From Longivirga aurantiaca (lineage in GTDB: Bacteria > Actinomycetota > Actinomycetes > S36-B12 > CAIYMF01), in assembly GCF_042660085.1 (NCBI RefSeq), contig NZ_JBHSTI010000002.1:210001-242000 (forward strand): a stretch of DNA of 32,000 nt, written 5' to 3'. Positions 16,256 through 24,784 of the stretch are shown here, piece after piece. The translations under genes and the position numbers were made by a program. How positions within the stretch are numbered: the first letter of the stretch is position 1; every line of letters begins with the position of its first letter. A model generated the notes under the pieces. The model made no database searches. It saw only the letters and a list, made by a program, of their open reading frames with translations, and was not told where the DNA came from.

Positions 16256-18355
16256 GTGAACGTTCCGACCGGACACCTCGCATCTCGAGGCCGTGCGCTC
16301 CTGCTCCTCCTGGCGGTCCTCGTCGTGGTGGGCGCGGTCTTCGCGATCCCCACGCCGGACAAGGTCGAGCGCCTCGTGCCGTCTGGCCTTCCGGCGTCGT
16401 ACCAGTCGACCGAGGCCCAGCTGCGCCAGGACCAGCTCCCCGACGAGGGCGTCGCCCCGGCGTTCGTGGTGGTGAGCCGCGAGGACGGCGGCACCCTCAC
16501 GGAGGCCGACAAGGCTGCGGTCGCGGCCATCTCCGAGGCGGTCGCCCCCCTGGGGGTGCAGGGGCCGCCGACGACGACGGAGATCTCCGCCGACGGGACG
16601 GTTGCCAAGACTCCCGTGTACGTCGACACGTCCGGAGAGATCCTCGACGTGGCCGACGATGTGGCAGCTATCCGCGAGGAGGCCCGAGCCGACGTCCCTG
16701 CCGGTCTCGTGGTGCAGGTGACCGGCCCTCCTGCGTTCCAGGCCGACATCGCAGCGGTGTTCGAGGGCGCGAACGTGACGCTCCTCGCCGCGACAGCGCT
16801 CGTGGTGGCCGTGCTCCTGCTCATCACCTACCGCAGCCCGTGGCTCTGGATCGTCCCCCTCGTGACCGTCGGCATCGCCGAGCAGTTCACGCTCAAGGTC
16901 GTCGGCCTGTTCGCGCCCCAGTTCGGCATCGTGGTCGACGAGTCCGCGGTCGGGATCACGAGCGTGCTCGTCTTCGGCGCCGCGACCGACTACGCGCTGC
17001 TGCTGATCGCCCGCTACCGCGACCGCCTGCGCACCGATGAGAGCCGCTTCGACGCCATGCGCTATGCCGTGCGGCGCACGGCCGAGCCGATCCTGGCCTC
17101 GGGAGCGACCGTCACCCTCGCCCTGCTCACCCTGCTGCTGGCCGAGCAGGAGACGCTGCGCGGCCTCGGCTTCGCCGCCGCCATCGGTGTCGTGGTTGCA
17201 GTGCTCACCGGGCTCATCGTGCTTCCCGCGGCGATGGTCGTCTTCGGCCGCGGCCTGTTCTGGCCGTTCGTCCCGCGCGTGGGCGACGTCGCCCGCGAGG
17301 GCAAGGTGTGGGGCCGCATCGGCGAGGCCGTGAAGCGTCGTCCCAACATCGTGGGCGTCGGTGCCACGGTGTTCCTCGTCGTCCTCTCGCTCGGGTCGAT
17401 CGGCATCAGCGTGGGCCTCACCCAGAACGAGCAGTTCCGCGTGAAGCCCGAGGCCGTCGCCGGCCAGGACACGATCGCGCGGGCGTTCCCTGCAGGCAGC
17501 TCCCAGCCCGTGGCGGTCATGACGAACCCGGGTTCGGTCGCTGCGGTCACCGCGGCGGTCGAAGGGCTCGACGGCGTCTCGTCCGTGACCCCCGGCCCCG
17601 CCGAGGGCGACATCGCTCAGGTGAACGTCGTGCTCGACTCCGACCCCGGCAGCGACGAGTCGTTCGACTCGGTGCGCGAGATCCGGGCCGCGGTCGCCGA
17701 GGTGGACGGTGCCGACGCGGTCGTGGGTGGCGAGACTGCGACGTTGTTGGATGCCAACGAGGCAGCACTGCGCGACGCGAAGCTGATCATCCCGATCGTG
17801 CTCGTGCTGGTGCTGCTCGTCCTGGTGCTGCTGCTGCGGGCGCTGCTTGCGCCGGTGCTGCTGGTCGCGACCGTGCTGCTCACGTTCTTCGCCGCGCTCG
17901 GCACGTCGTGGCTGATCTTCCAGAACGTGCTCGGCTACCCGGCGCTCGACAACGGCGTGCTGCTGCTGTCGTTCATCTTCCTGGTGGCGCTCGGCGTCGA
18001 CTACAACATCTTCCTCGCGACCCGTGCGCGCGAGGAGGCGATGGTGAGCGACACCCGCAGCGGGATGCTCACGGCGCTCAAGGCGACAGGCGGCGTCATC
18101 ACCTCGGCGGGAATCCTGCTCGCGGCGGTGTTCGCGGTGCTCGGCGTGCTGCCGCTCATCGCGCTCGCTCAGATCGGCATCATCGTCGGCATCGGAGTGC
18201 TGCTCGACACCCTGCTCGTGCGGACGGTGCTCGTGCCGGCGCTGGCGTTCGTGTTCGGCGAGCGCTTCTGGTGGCCGGGCAGGGTCGACGGGCGCGAGCT
18301 GCAGGGCTCCGACCCGGACCCGGACGTGACCGAGCCCGTACCGGTCTCGTCCTGA
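16256..18355 (+). CDS. MMPL/RND family exporter
   Basis: VFGAATDYALLLIARYRDRL, FIFLVALGVDYNIFLATRAREE; 699 aa; GGGAGA SD upstream of GTG. Confidence 0.94.
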   Translation: MNVPTGHLASRGRALLLLLAVLVVVGAVFAIPTPDKVERLVPSGLPASYQSTEAQLRQDQLPDEGVAPAFVVVSREDGGTLTEADKAAVAAISEAVAPLGVQGPPTTTEISADGTVAKTPVYVDTSGEILDVADDVAAIREEARADVPAGLVVQVTGPPAFQADIAAVFEGANVTLLAATALVVAVLLLITYRSPWLWIVPLVTVGIAEQFTLKVVGLFAPQFGIVVDESAVGITSVLVFGAATDYALLLIARYRDRLRTDESRFDAMRYAVRRTAEPILASGATVTLALLTLLLAEQETLRGLGFAAAIGVVVAVLTGLIVLPAAMVVFGRGLFWPFVPRVGDVAREGKVWGRIGEAVKRRPNIVGVGATVFLVVLSLGSIGISVGLTQNEQFRVKPEAVAGQDTIARAFPAGSSQPVAVMTNPGSVAAVTAAVEGLDGVSSVTPGPAEGDIAQVNVVLDSDPGSDESFDSVREIRAAVAEVDGADAVVGGETATLLDANEAALRDAKLIIPIVLVLVLLVLVLLLRALLAPVLLVATVLLTFFAALGTSWLIFQNVLGYPALDNGVLLLSFIFLVALGVDYNIFLATRAREEAMVSDTRSGMLTALKATGGVITSAGILLAAVFAVLGVLPLIALAQIGIIVGIGVLLDTLLVRTVLVPALAFVFGERFWWPGRVDGRELQGSDPDPDVTEPVPVSS

Positions 18356-18361
18356 CAGTCG

Positions 18362-18403
18362 AAGGCCCGCCACCGTCCCTGGGGGGACACGGTGGCGGGC
18401 CTT
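18362..18403. terminator. Rho-independent-type hairpin between convergent MMPL and acyl-CoA ligase genes
   Basis: AAGGCCCGCCACCGT (18362-18376) / ACGGTGGCGGGCCTT (18389-18403), 15 bp perfect. Confidence 0.88.
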
Positions 18404-18409
18404 CCTGCG

Positions 18410-19960
18410 TCAGGAGCCGGACTGGTCCTTGAGCAGCCTCCGCAGGATCTTGCCGGAGGCCGACTTCGGGATCTCGGTGGCGACGACGACCTGGCGGATC
18501 TGCTTGTAGTGCGCGACGCGCTCGGCGACGAACGCCATGACCTCGTCCGTGTCGAGCTCAACGCCGGGGCGAGGCACGACGTGCGCGACCGGGATCTCGC
18601 CGTGCTCCTCGTCGGGGAGTCCCACGACGGCGGCGTCGGCGATCCCGGGGTGGGTGAGCAGCAGTGCCTCGAGCTCGGCCGGCGGCACCTGGAAGCCGCT
18701 GTACTTGATGAGCTCCTTGAGGCGGTCGACGATCCAGAGGTGGCCGTCGGCGTCGATGTGCCCGATGTCGCCGGTGTGCAGCCAGCCGTCCGGGTCGATG
18801 GTCGACGCGGTCGCGGACGGGTTGCCGAGGTAGCCGTGCATGACCTGCGGGCCCTGGATGCAGAGCTCGCCGTCCTCGTCGACGCCGAGCTCCTTGCCCG
18901 TGGCCGGGTCGACGACCTTCGAGACCGTGTTGGGCGCCGTGACGCCGCACGAGCCCGGCTTGAACATGCCGGGCGGGGTCAGGTGGGACACCGGCGACAG
19001 CTCGGTCATGCCGTAGCCCTGCACGACGTCGCAGCCCAGCCGGGCACCGGCCTCCAGCGACAGCTCGGCCGACAGCGGCGCGGCGCCCGAGAAGACCTGG
19101 CGTAGCGCGGACAGGTCGTAGTTGTCGACCATCGGGTGCTTGGCCAGGGCCACGACGATGGGCGGCGCGACGAAGGAGCGCGTGATCCCGTGCTGCTGGT
19201 GCAGCGAGAGGAACTGCTCGAGGTCGAACCTGGGCATCGTGATGATCGTGATGCCGGCACGCAGGCCGGTGTTCATGAGCACCTGCATGCCGTAGATGTG
19301 GAAGAACGGCAGCACGGCGATGAACGTCTCGTCCTCGCGGATGTCGGCGGCGTCCAGCACCTGTGCGACGTTGGCGACGAGGTTGCCGTGGCTGAGCATG
19401 ACGCCCTTGTTCACGCCCGTCGTGCCCGACGAGTACGGCAGCACGACGAGGGTGTCGGACGTGACGGGCACCTGCTCGGCGAGCGGCGCGCCGAACAGCG
19501 CCGTCACCGGCGTCGCGCCCTCGGCCTCGCCGAGGACGAAGATCTCCTTCACCGAGGTGCCCTCGGCGCCCTTCGTGGCGACCTCGAGGAACATCGGGAT
19601 GGTGACGAGGATCGTCGCCTTCGAGTCGAGCAGCTGCTTGTTGACCTCGTAGTGCGTGTAGGTCGGGTTGATCGTCGTGACGACGCCGCCCGCCATGGCG
19701 ACGCCGTGGAAGATCACGGCGTACTCGGGGATGTTGGGCGACATCAGCGCGAGGCACTCGCCCGGCGCGAAGCCGCGCGCCACGAGGCCGCCGGCCAGCA
19801 TGCGGATGGCGCCGTCGAGCGCCGCGTACGTGATCGTCCGGCCCGTGGGGCCGTCGATGAGCGCGGGCTTGTCGCCGAGCTCGGCGGCCCGGGCGAGGAC
19901 GTATCCGGTGAGCGGCACGTCGGGGATCTCGACATCGGGCAGGGGAGAGCTGAACACCAT
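18410..19960 (-). CDS. AMP-binding enzyme, 4-coumarate-CoA ligase-like acyl-CoA synthetase
   Basis: VVLPYSSGTTGVNKGVMLSHGNLVAN, GYGMTELSPVSH, GWLHTGDIGHIDADGHLWIVDRLKELIKYSGFQVPPAELE, IPKSASGKILRRLL. Confidence 0.93.
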   Translation of the reverse strand: MVFSSPLPDVEIPDVPLTGYVLARAAELGDKPALIDGPTGRTITYAALDGAIRMLAGGLVARGFAPGECLALMSPNIPEYAVIFHGVAMAGGVVTTINPTYTHYEVNKQLLDSKATILVTIPMFLEVATKGAEGTSVKEIFVLGEAEGATPVTALFGAPLAEQVPVTSDTLVVLPYSSGTTGVNKGVMLSHGNLVANVAQVLDAADIREDETFIAVLPFFHIYGMQVLMNTGLRAGITIITMPRFDLEQFLSLHQQHGITRSFVAPPIVVALAKHPMVDNYDLSALRQVFSGAAPLSAELSLEAGARLGCDVVQGYGMTELSPVSHLTPPGMFKPGSCGVTAPNTVSKVVDPATGKELGVDEDGELCIQGPQVMHGYLGNPSATASTIDPDGWLHTGDIGHIDADGHLWIVDRLKELIKYSGFQVPPAELEALLLTHPGIADAAVVGLPDEEHGEIPVAHVVPRPGVELDTDEVMAFVAERVAHYKQIRQVVVATEIPKSASGKILRRLLKDQSGS

Positions 19961-20074
19961 GGTGGTCTCCGGTCCGGTCGCGCTTCTGGGGTGAGCCGAA
20001 GCATGCCGCGACCGGCCGCGTCCCGCAGGGGAAAGCCGGAGTCGTGACCCGTCGTCTGCCGGATCTGACGGCGG

Positions 20075-20740
20075 TCAGACGGGCTCGAGCACCGCGCAGG
20101 TGCACGTGCGCAGCGGGGGGCACGCGCCGCACTCCGGCCCGCTCCGCCAGGCGAGGCGGGCGAGCACCAGTGCAGAGCCGACGGCGGCGATGGCGGCGTA
20201 GACGAGGTAGGCCGGGACGTCCGCCAGCACGCCGTACACGGCGCAGACGGCCGACTCGACGAGCAGCAGGATCCAGGCGCCGCGCGACACCCCCGACACG
20301 TCGGCGCTGCTCCAGGCCTTCCAGGCGGCCGGCGCGACGTACCAGAGGATCGAGCAGCCCAGGACGAGCGTGATCGGTGCGTCGCTGACGGGCACGAGGG
20401 CGGCGGCGGCCGCGATGGTCGCGGTCCAGGCCCAGGTCATCCAGAGGCCATCGCGCGAGGCGTGGCTGCGTAGCAGGACGACGAGCGCGGCGGTCAGGCC
20501 GGGGATCGCGGCACCCGAGGTCAGCACCACCCACAGGTCCTGCAGCCAGACGCCGTACGCGACCCACGCGAACGCCGACACGAGGGCGCAGCTGATGCCC
20601 GGCACCGAGACGCCCGCGACCGATCCGGTCCGGCGCACCTTCAGCCACTGCGGCACGCCGTACCCGAGGGCGAGCACGGTGGTGAGCACGCCGAAGACGA
20701 CGACGAGGGTGTCGTGCTGCACGCCGTCCTCCTCGGTCAT
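20075..20740 (-). CDS. PQ-loop (SWEET/SemiSWEET-like) membrane protein with two triple-helix units
   Basis: First unit LGYGVPQWLKVRRTGSVAGVS, second unit LWYVAPAAWKAWSSADVSGVS; 221 aa. Confidence 0.8.
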   Translation of the reverse strand: MTEEDGVQHDTLVVVFGVLTTVLALGYGVPQWLKVRRTGSVAGVSVPGISCALVSAFAWVAYGVWLQDLWVVLTSGAAIPGLTAALVVLLRSHASRDGLWMTWAWTATIAAAAALVPVSDAPITLVLGCSILWYVAPAAWKAWSSADVSGVSRGAWILLLVESAVCAVYGVLADVPAYLVYAAIAAVGSALVLARLAWRSGPECGACPPLRTCTCAVLEPV

Positions 20741-20770
20741 CGGCCGGAGGGCCGCGCGGTCTCGTCGTTG

Positions 20771-20786
20771 CTGACTCGCGAGTCAG
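20771..20786. promoter_or_regulatory. 16-bp perfect palindrome CTGACTCGCGAGTCAG in the divergent PQ-loop / rocD intergenic region
   Basis: Read directly; operator role is inference. Confidence 0.5.
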
Positions 20787-20967
20787 GAACGCCCAGGATA
20801 GCCGGGGCGGGACGGTCCGCGCGAACGTGCGAGAGGCCCACGTGAGCCAGGCGACGGCGTGGCACGGCCTGATCGGTCGCGTGGGGGAGGCCGTTCGTGG
20901 CAACGTGGCCCCGACGCCCCGCCGACCCGGTGCGGCGTCGCTGGAGCCCGCGCCCGACGGAGGACCC

Positions 20968-22203
20968 GTGAGCATCACCGACGACGCCATCGCCTTCGAG
21001 CACGAGCACTGCGCCCACAACTACCACCCGCTGCCCGTGGTGATCAGCGAGGCGGAGGGCGCCTGGGTCACCGACATCGAGGGCCGCCGCTACCTCGACA
21101 TGCTCTCCGCCTACAGCGCCATCAACTTCGGCCACGGGCACCCGGACCTGGTCGCGGCCGCCGAGAAGCAGCTGCACCGCGTCACGCTCACGAGCCGCGC
21201 CTTCCACAACGACCAGCTCGGGAAGTTCTGCGCCGACCTCGCGCGGCTCTCCCGGCACGACGCCGTGCTGCCGATGAACAGCGGCGCCGAGGGTGTGGAG
21301 ACCGCGCTGAAGGTGGCCCGCAAGTGGGGCTACCAGAAGAAGGGTGTGCAGCACGACCGCGCGCAGATCATCGTGTGCGAGGGCAACTTCCACGGCCGCA
21401 CAACGACCATCGTGTCCTTCTCCGACGACCCCGTCGCGCGCGACGACTACGGCCCCTACACGCCGGGCTTCGTCGCGGTGCCGTACGGCGACGTCGATGC
21501 GCTCGCCGCCGCGATCACCGACGACACGGTCGCGTTCCTCGTCGAGCCGATCCAGGGGGAGGCCGGCGTCGTCCTGCCTCCCACGGGCTACCTCGAGGCG
21601 GTGCGCGAGCTCTGCACCGAGCGCAACGTCCTCATGATCGCCGACGAGATCCAGGCCGGCATGGGCCGCGCGGGCGCGACCTTCGCCTGCGACCTCGTCG
21701 GCGTCCAGCCCGACATCCGCATCCTCGGCAAGGCGCTCGGCGGCGGCATCCTTCCTGTCTCGGCCGTGACGGCCGACTGGGACGTGCTCGGCGTCATCAA
21801 GCCGGGCGAGCACGGCAGCACCTTCGGCGGCAACCCGATGGCGGCAGCGGTCGGGATCGCGGTGGTGGCGCTGCTCGAGACGGGCGAGATGCAGGAGCGC
21901 AGCAAGCGTCTCGGTGAGCACGTGCTCGCGACGCTGCGCGGAGCGAACCTGCCGGGGGTCAAGGAGGTCCGCGGCAGCGGCCTGTGGTGGGCGGTCGAGC
22001 TCGACGGCACTGGGCGCACCGGGCGCGAGGTGAGCCTCGAGCTCCTCGCCCGCGGCATCCTCGCCAAGGACACGCACACCTGGACGATCCGCTTCGCGCC
22101 GCCGTTGGTGGTGTCCGAGGCGGACCTCGACGCCGCGCTCGCGACGATCATCGCAGTGCTCGAGGAGTCGGTCGTACCCCGATCGGCCGACAGCGCTCCC
22201 TGA
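20968..22203 (+). CDS. rocD: Ornithine--oxo-acid aminotransferase
   Basis: AHNYHPLPVVISEAEGAWVTDIEGRRYLDMLSAYSAINFGHGHP, MNSGAEGVETALKVARKWGY, LMIADEIQAGMGR, LGKALGGG; GTG start preceded by GGAGGA. Confidence 0.92.
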   Translation: MSITDDAIAFEHEHCAHNYHPLPVVISEAEGAWVTDIEGRRYLDMLSAYSAINFGHGHPDLVAAAEKQLHRVTLTSRAFHNDQLGKFCADLARLSRHDAVLPMNSGAEGVETALKVARKWGYQKKGVQHDRAQIIVCEGNFHGRTTTIVSFSDDPVARDDYGPYTPGFVAVPYGDVDALAAAITDDTVAFLVEPIQGEAGVVLPPTGYLEAVRELCTERNVLMIADEIQAGMGRAGATFACDLVGVQPDIRILGKALGGGILPVSAVTADWDVLGVIKPGEHGSTFGGNPMAAAVGIAVVALLETGEMQERSKRLGEHVLATLRGANLPGVKEVRGSGLWWAVELDGTGRTGREVSLELLARGILAKDTHTWTIRFAPPLVVSEADLDAALATIIAVLEESVVPRSADSAP

Positions 22204-22279
22204 CCTGCTGAAACCGGGATGCGCCGTCCGTGGCGCCGACGTACCGTCCTTCTACACGTGAAGGGAGGTGGTCCGTTTC

Positions 22280-22318
22280 ATGCATGCACATCGGACTCGT
22301 GAGGTGGCTGCCCGCTAG
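22280..22318 (+). CDS. Short ORF MHAHRTREVAAR with strong Shine-Dalgarno
   Basis: GGAGGTG (22264-22270) is a 7-nt perfect anti-SD match, 9 nt before ATG; stop TAG at 22316-22318. Confidence 0.4.
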   Translation: MHAHRTREVAAR

Positions 22319-22461
22319 CCAGGACAGCCTGCTGACCGCGAGGTCGCGCCGTCCCCGGTAGCGATTCCACGGCAGTCACCGAGGCCCCCGGGTGCCGGCC
22401 CGTCCAGCCGGCCGTCACGCATCTGCGCGACGCCCGCCCGGGTGCCTACCCACGCCGTGAC

Positions 22462-22510
22462 CCTGATCAGTCCGTCGCTTCCCGGCCCCGGAACCGACGG
22501 ACTGATCAGG
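22462..22510. terminator. 16-bp perfect stem terminator/attenuator-like hairpin overlapping the stop codon of the SIS gene
   Basis: CCTGATCAGTCCGTCG (22462-22477) / CGACGGACTGATCAGG (22495-22510), 17-nt loop; no long T-tract. Confidence 0.7.
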
Positions 22511-23477
22511 CTGAGCTGGTGGGGGACCAGAGCGCGGCGGCCAAGAGCTCGGCCACAAGCACCTCGGTCAGCAGCCGTACGTCGTGATCGTCGTCGTGCG
22601 CGTACCGCAGCGAGTACGCCGCCCCGTCGACGTCGGCGCCCACGGCCACGACGGTCGAGCCCCGCTCGGCGCACCAGCGGAGGAGCTCGTCCTCCCACCG
22701 CGAGCCGGGCATGAGCAGCAGTCGGTAGTCGGTGGTCTTGGTGAGGTACACGTCGACGTGGCTCCAGTCGCCCGTCTCGTGCGCGTGCGCCACGCGGCGC
22801 GGGCCCTCGCGCAGCATCAGTGCGGACTGCTGCGCCGACGATAGCCGGCTCACCGGCGCCACCACGTGGGTGCCGTCGGGCCCGACGAGGAGGTCGTGCA
22901 TCCGGGGCAGCCAGTCGCCGGCGCGGGACGCGAGATCGGCTCCCGCATCGGCTGACCGACGTACGAGTGCAGACAGGTCACGGTCGAGCCCGAGCAGGTG
23001 CCGCTCGAGCGCGAGCAGCGCGATGAGGGTGTGCTGGAAGGTCCGACACGCCACCCCTCCGCGCTCCGCGCCGGCGCGCATGTCGACGACGGTCGAGACC
23101 GACTGCGCCAGAGCGGATTCCGGCTTGTTGGTCAGCAGCACCAAGGGAGCGCGATCGCGGTAGTGCTCGACGGCGGCCACGGTCTCTCGCGAGCCTCCTC
23201 CCGCCGACACCGCGACCACGACGTCGCCCTCGCGCACGTCGGTCAGCAGGTCGCTGCTCGCGAGCTCGCTCGCGGCGTCGAACCCCCGGGCGCGCAGCCT
23301 CGCCGCCGCCACTCCTGATGCGAAAGCCGACGAGCCCATGCCGACCAGCACGATGCGGCGTGCGTCGTCCGGCAGGACTGTCCACGGGTCCTCGGCGGCG
23401 AGCACGTCGGCAAGGGCAGCGAGCCGGGCCGGCTTCTCGGCGAGGTCGGCGGCGAACAGGTCGGGCTCCACGGTCAC
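22506..23477 (-). CDS. SIS-domain protein, GlmS isomerase-domain-like (no glutaminase domain)
   Basis: IVLVGMGSSAFASGVAAARLRARGFDAASELASS, VAVSAGGGSRETV, DYRLLLMPGSRWEDELLRWC. Confidence 0.85.
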   Translation of the reverse strand: MTVEPDLFAADLAEKPARLAALADVLAAEDPWTVLPDDARRIVLVGMGSSAFASGVAAARLRARGFDAASELASSDLLTDVREGDVVVAVSAGGGSRETVAAVEHYRDRAPLVLLTNKPESALAQSVSTVVDMRAGAERGGVACRTFQHTLIALLALERHLLGLDRDLSALVRRSADAGADLASRAGDWLPRMHDLLVGPDGTHVVAPVSRLSSAQQSALMLREGPRRVAHAHETGDWSHVDVYLTKTTDYRLLLMPGSRWEDELLRWCAERGSTVVAVGADVDGAAYSLRYAHDDDHDVRLLTEVLVAELLAAALWSPTSSA

Positions 23478-24784
23478 TCCTCGGACGGGATCAGGTCGGC
23501 GAGCGCGAGGTCCGGCACGTAGACCCAATGCGGGAGGTGGCGGACGGCGTAGAGGTACTCGCGCACCTCCTGGTGCAGGCGCAGCGGGAGGAGCAGTCGC
23601 TCGTCGAGGAGGTCCGCGGACATCATGCCCGCGAGGGTCTCGCGGTAGTCGTGCAGGAAGGCTGCCTGGGCCTGCTCGATCCAGATGCGGACGGCGGCGG
23701 CGTCGACGCCCTCGGTCCTGAACAGCACCACCCGCCCCACGTGGTCGAGGGACGCGAGCATCCCGGCGACGTCGACGGCGGCGGGCCTGCGCACGAGCCG
23801 CTCGGACGGCGTGAGCACAGGGTTGCCGTCGAGGTCGGTCACGGAGTACTGCGCGGGGTCGCCGTACCGGAGCACCTGGCCCACGTGGTGGTCGCCGTGG
23901 ACGTCGATGAGCACCGCACCTGCGGCTGAGGCGAGCACGTCGAGCTCAGCCTCGATGCGCGGCGCGCGCGCCCGCAGCCGGTCGCCCTCGTGCCCGCCCA
24001 CCACCTCGAGCGCCTCGGCGAGGTCGGCACGGGCAGCCTGCGACCAGGCCTCGGCCTGCTCGGCGGTCGCCTCGCCGCGCCCGGTCGCGGCGAAGGCGAC
24101 GTGCATGCGGGCGGTGAGCGACCCGAGCCGGCGGGACGGCGCGAGCGCGGCGTCGAGGGCGAGGTCGCCGCGCGCGTACGCCCGGACGTCCTCGACCATC
24201 CAGTCCCAGCCGTCGACCGCGCCGGGCAGGAACTCGACGACCGCGGCGAGCAGCACGGCCCGGCCGTCGACCACCCGCTCCAGCGTGCCCCACGGCCGCG
24301 GGGTCTCGCCGAAACCTGCAGAAGCCAGGGCCGCAAGCCGTTGCGGCGCAGGCGATCCGGGTTCGCCGTCGGAGGGAAGGCGCAGGGACCACTTGACCAC
24401 GGCTCGCTCGCCGACCACGACCGACTCGTTGGTCTGGTCGACCGTCACGCCCCGTTCTCCGGTCACCGTCTCGTGGTGCCAGGCGCTGACGCGGTACGGC
24501 CCGCTGCTCGCGTGCGTGTCCTGCACGAGCAGTGCCACGAGACGCTCTGCCGTGCCGTCACCCGGGAGCGACCGGCGCACGGTGTCGCCCTCGCGGACGA
24601 GCGGGACCGTCCAGCGGTCGCCGTCGCCGGTCTGCACGACGCCGACGCTGTGCCCGCCGCCGAGGTCGATCAGGTCGACGAGCGAGAGCGGTCCGGTGAC
24701 CTCGGTCGTTGCGCCGCGCGGACGCACGGGGAGGACCAGCGACGGGTCTGCCGCCGCGACCAGGTCCGTCCAGGGCGACGTCAC
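23474..24784 (-). CDS. Maltokinase-fold sugar kinase; candidate glucosamine kinase-like enzyme
   Basis: AVVKWSLRL, LIDVHGDHHVGQVLRYGDPAQYSVTDLDGNPVL, AAVDVAGMLASLDHVGRVV; GTGA overlaps with both neighbours. Confidence 0.75.
   Translation of the reverse strand: MTSPWTDLVAAADPSLVLPVRPRGATTEVTGPLSLVDLIDLGGGHSVGVVQTGDGDRWTVPLVREGDTVRRSLPGDGTAERLVALLVQDTHASSGPYRVSAWHHETVTGERGVTVDQTNESVVVGERAVVKWSLRLPSDGEPGSPAPQRLAALASAGFGETPRPWGTLERVVDGRAVLLAAVVEFLPGAVDGWDWMVEDVRAYARGDLALDAALAPSRRLGSLTARMHVAFAATGRGEATAEQAEAWSQAARADLAEALEVVGGHEGDRLRARAPRIEAELDVLASAAGAVLIDVHGDHHVGQVLRYGDPAQYSVTDLDGNPVLTPSERLVRRPAAVDVAGMLASLDHVGRVVLFRTEGVDAAAVRIWIEQAQAAFLHDYRETLAGMMSADLLDERLLLPLRLHQEVREYLYAVRHLPHWVYVPDLALADLIPSEE

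Noticed and set aside
18558-21020. 820-codon minus-strand ORF over the acyl-CoA ligase and PQ-loop genes
   Set aside because: Alternative frame of high-GC coding DNA with no recognisable domain; the 18410..19960 and 20075..20740 frames carry intact motifs.
23474-24784. Assigning the kinase as maltokinase (mak/pep2)
   Set aside because: The motif differs from my recollection of maltokinases and no treS or glgE neighbour is present; the glucosamine kinase option is kept as an untested inference.
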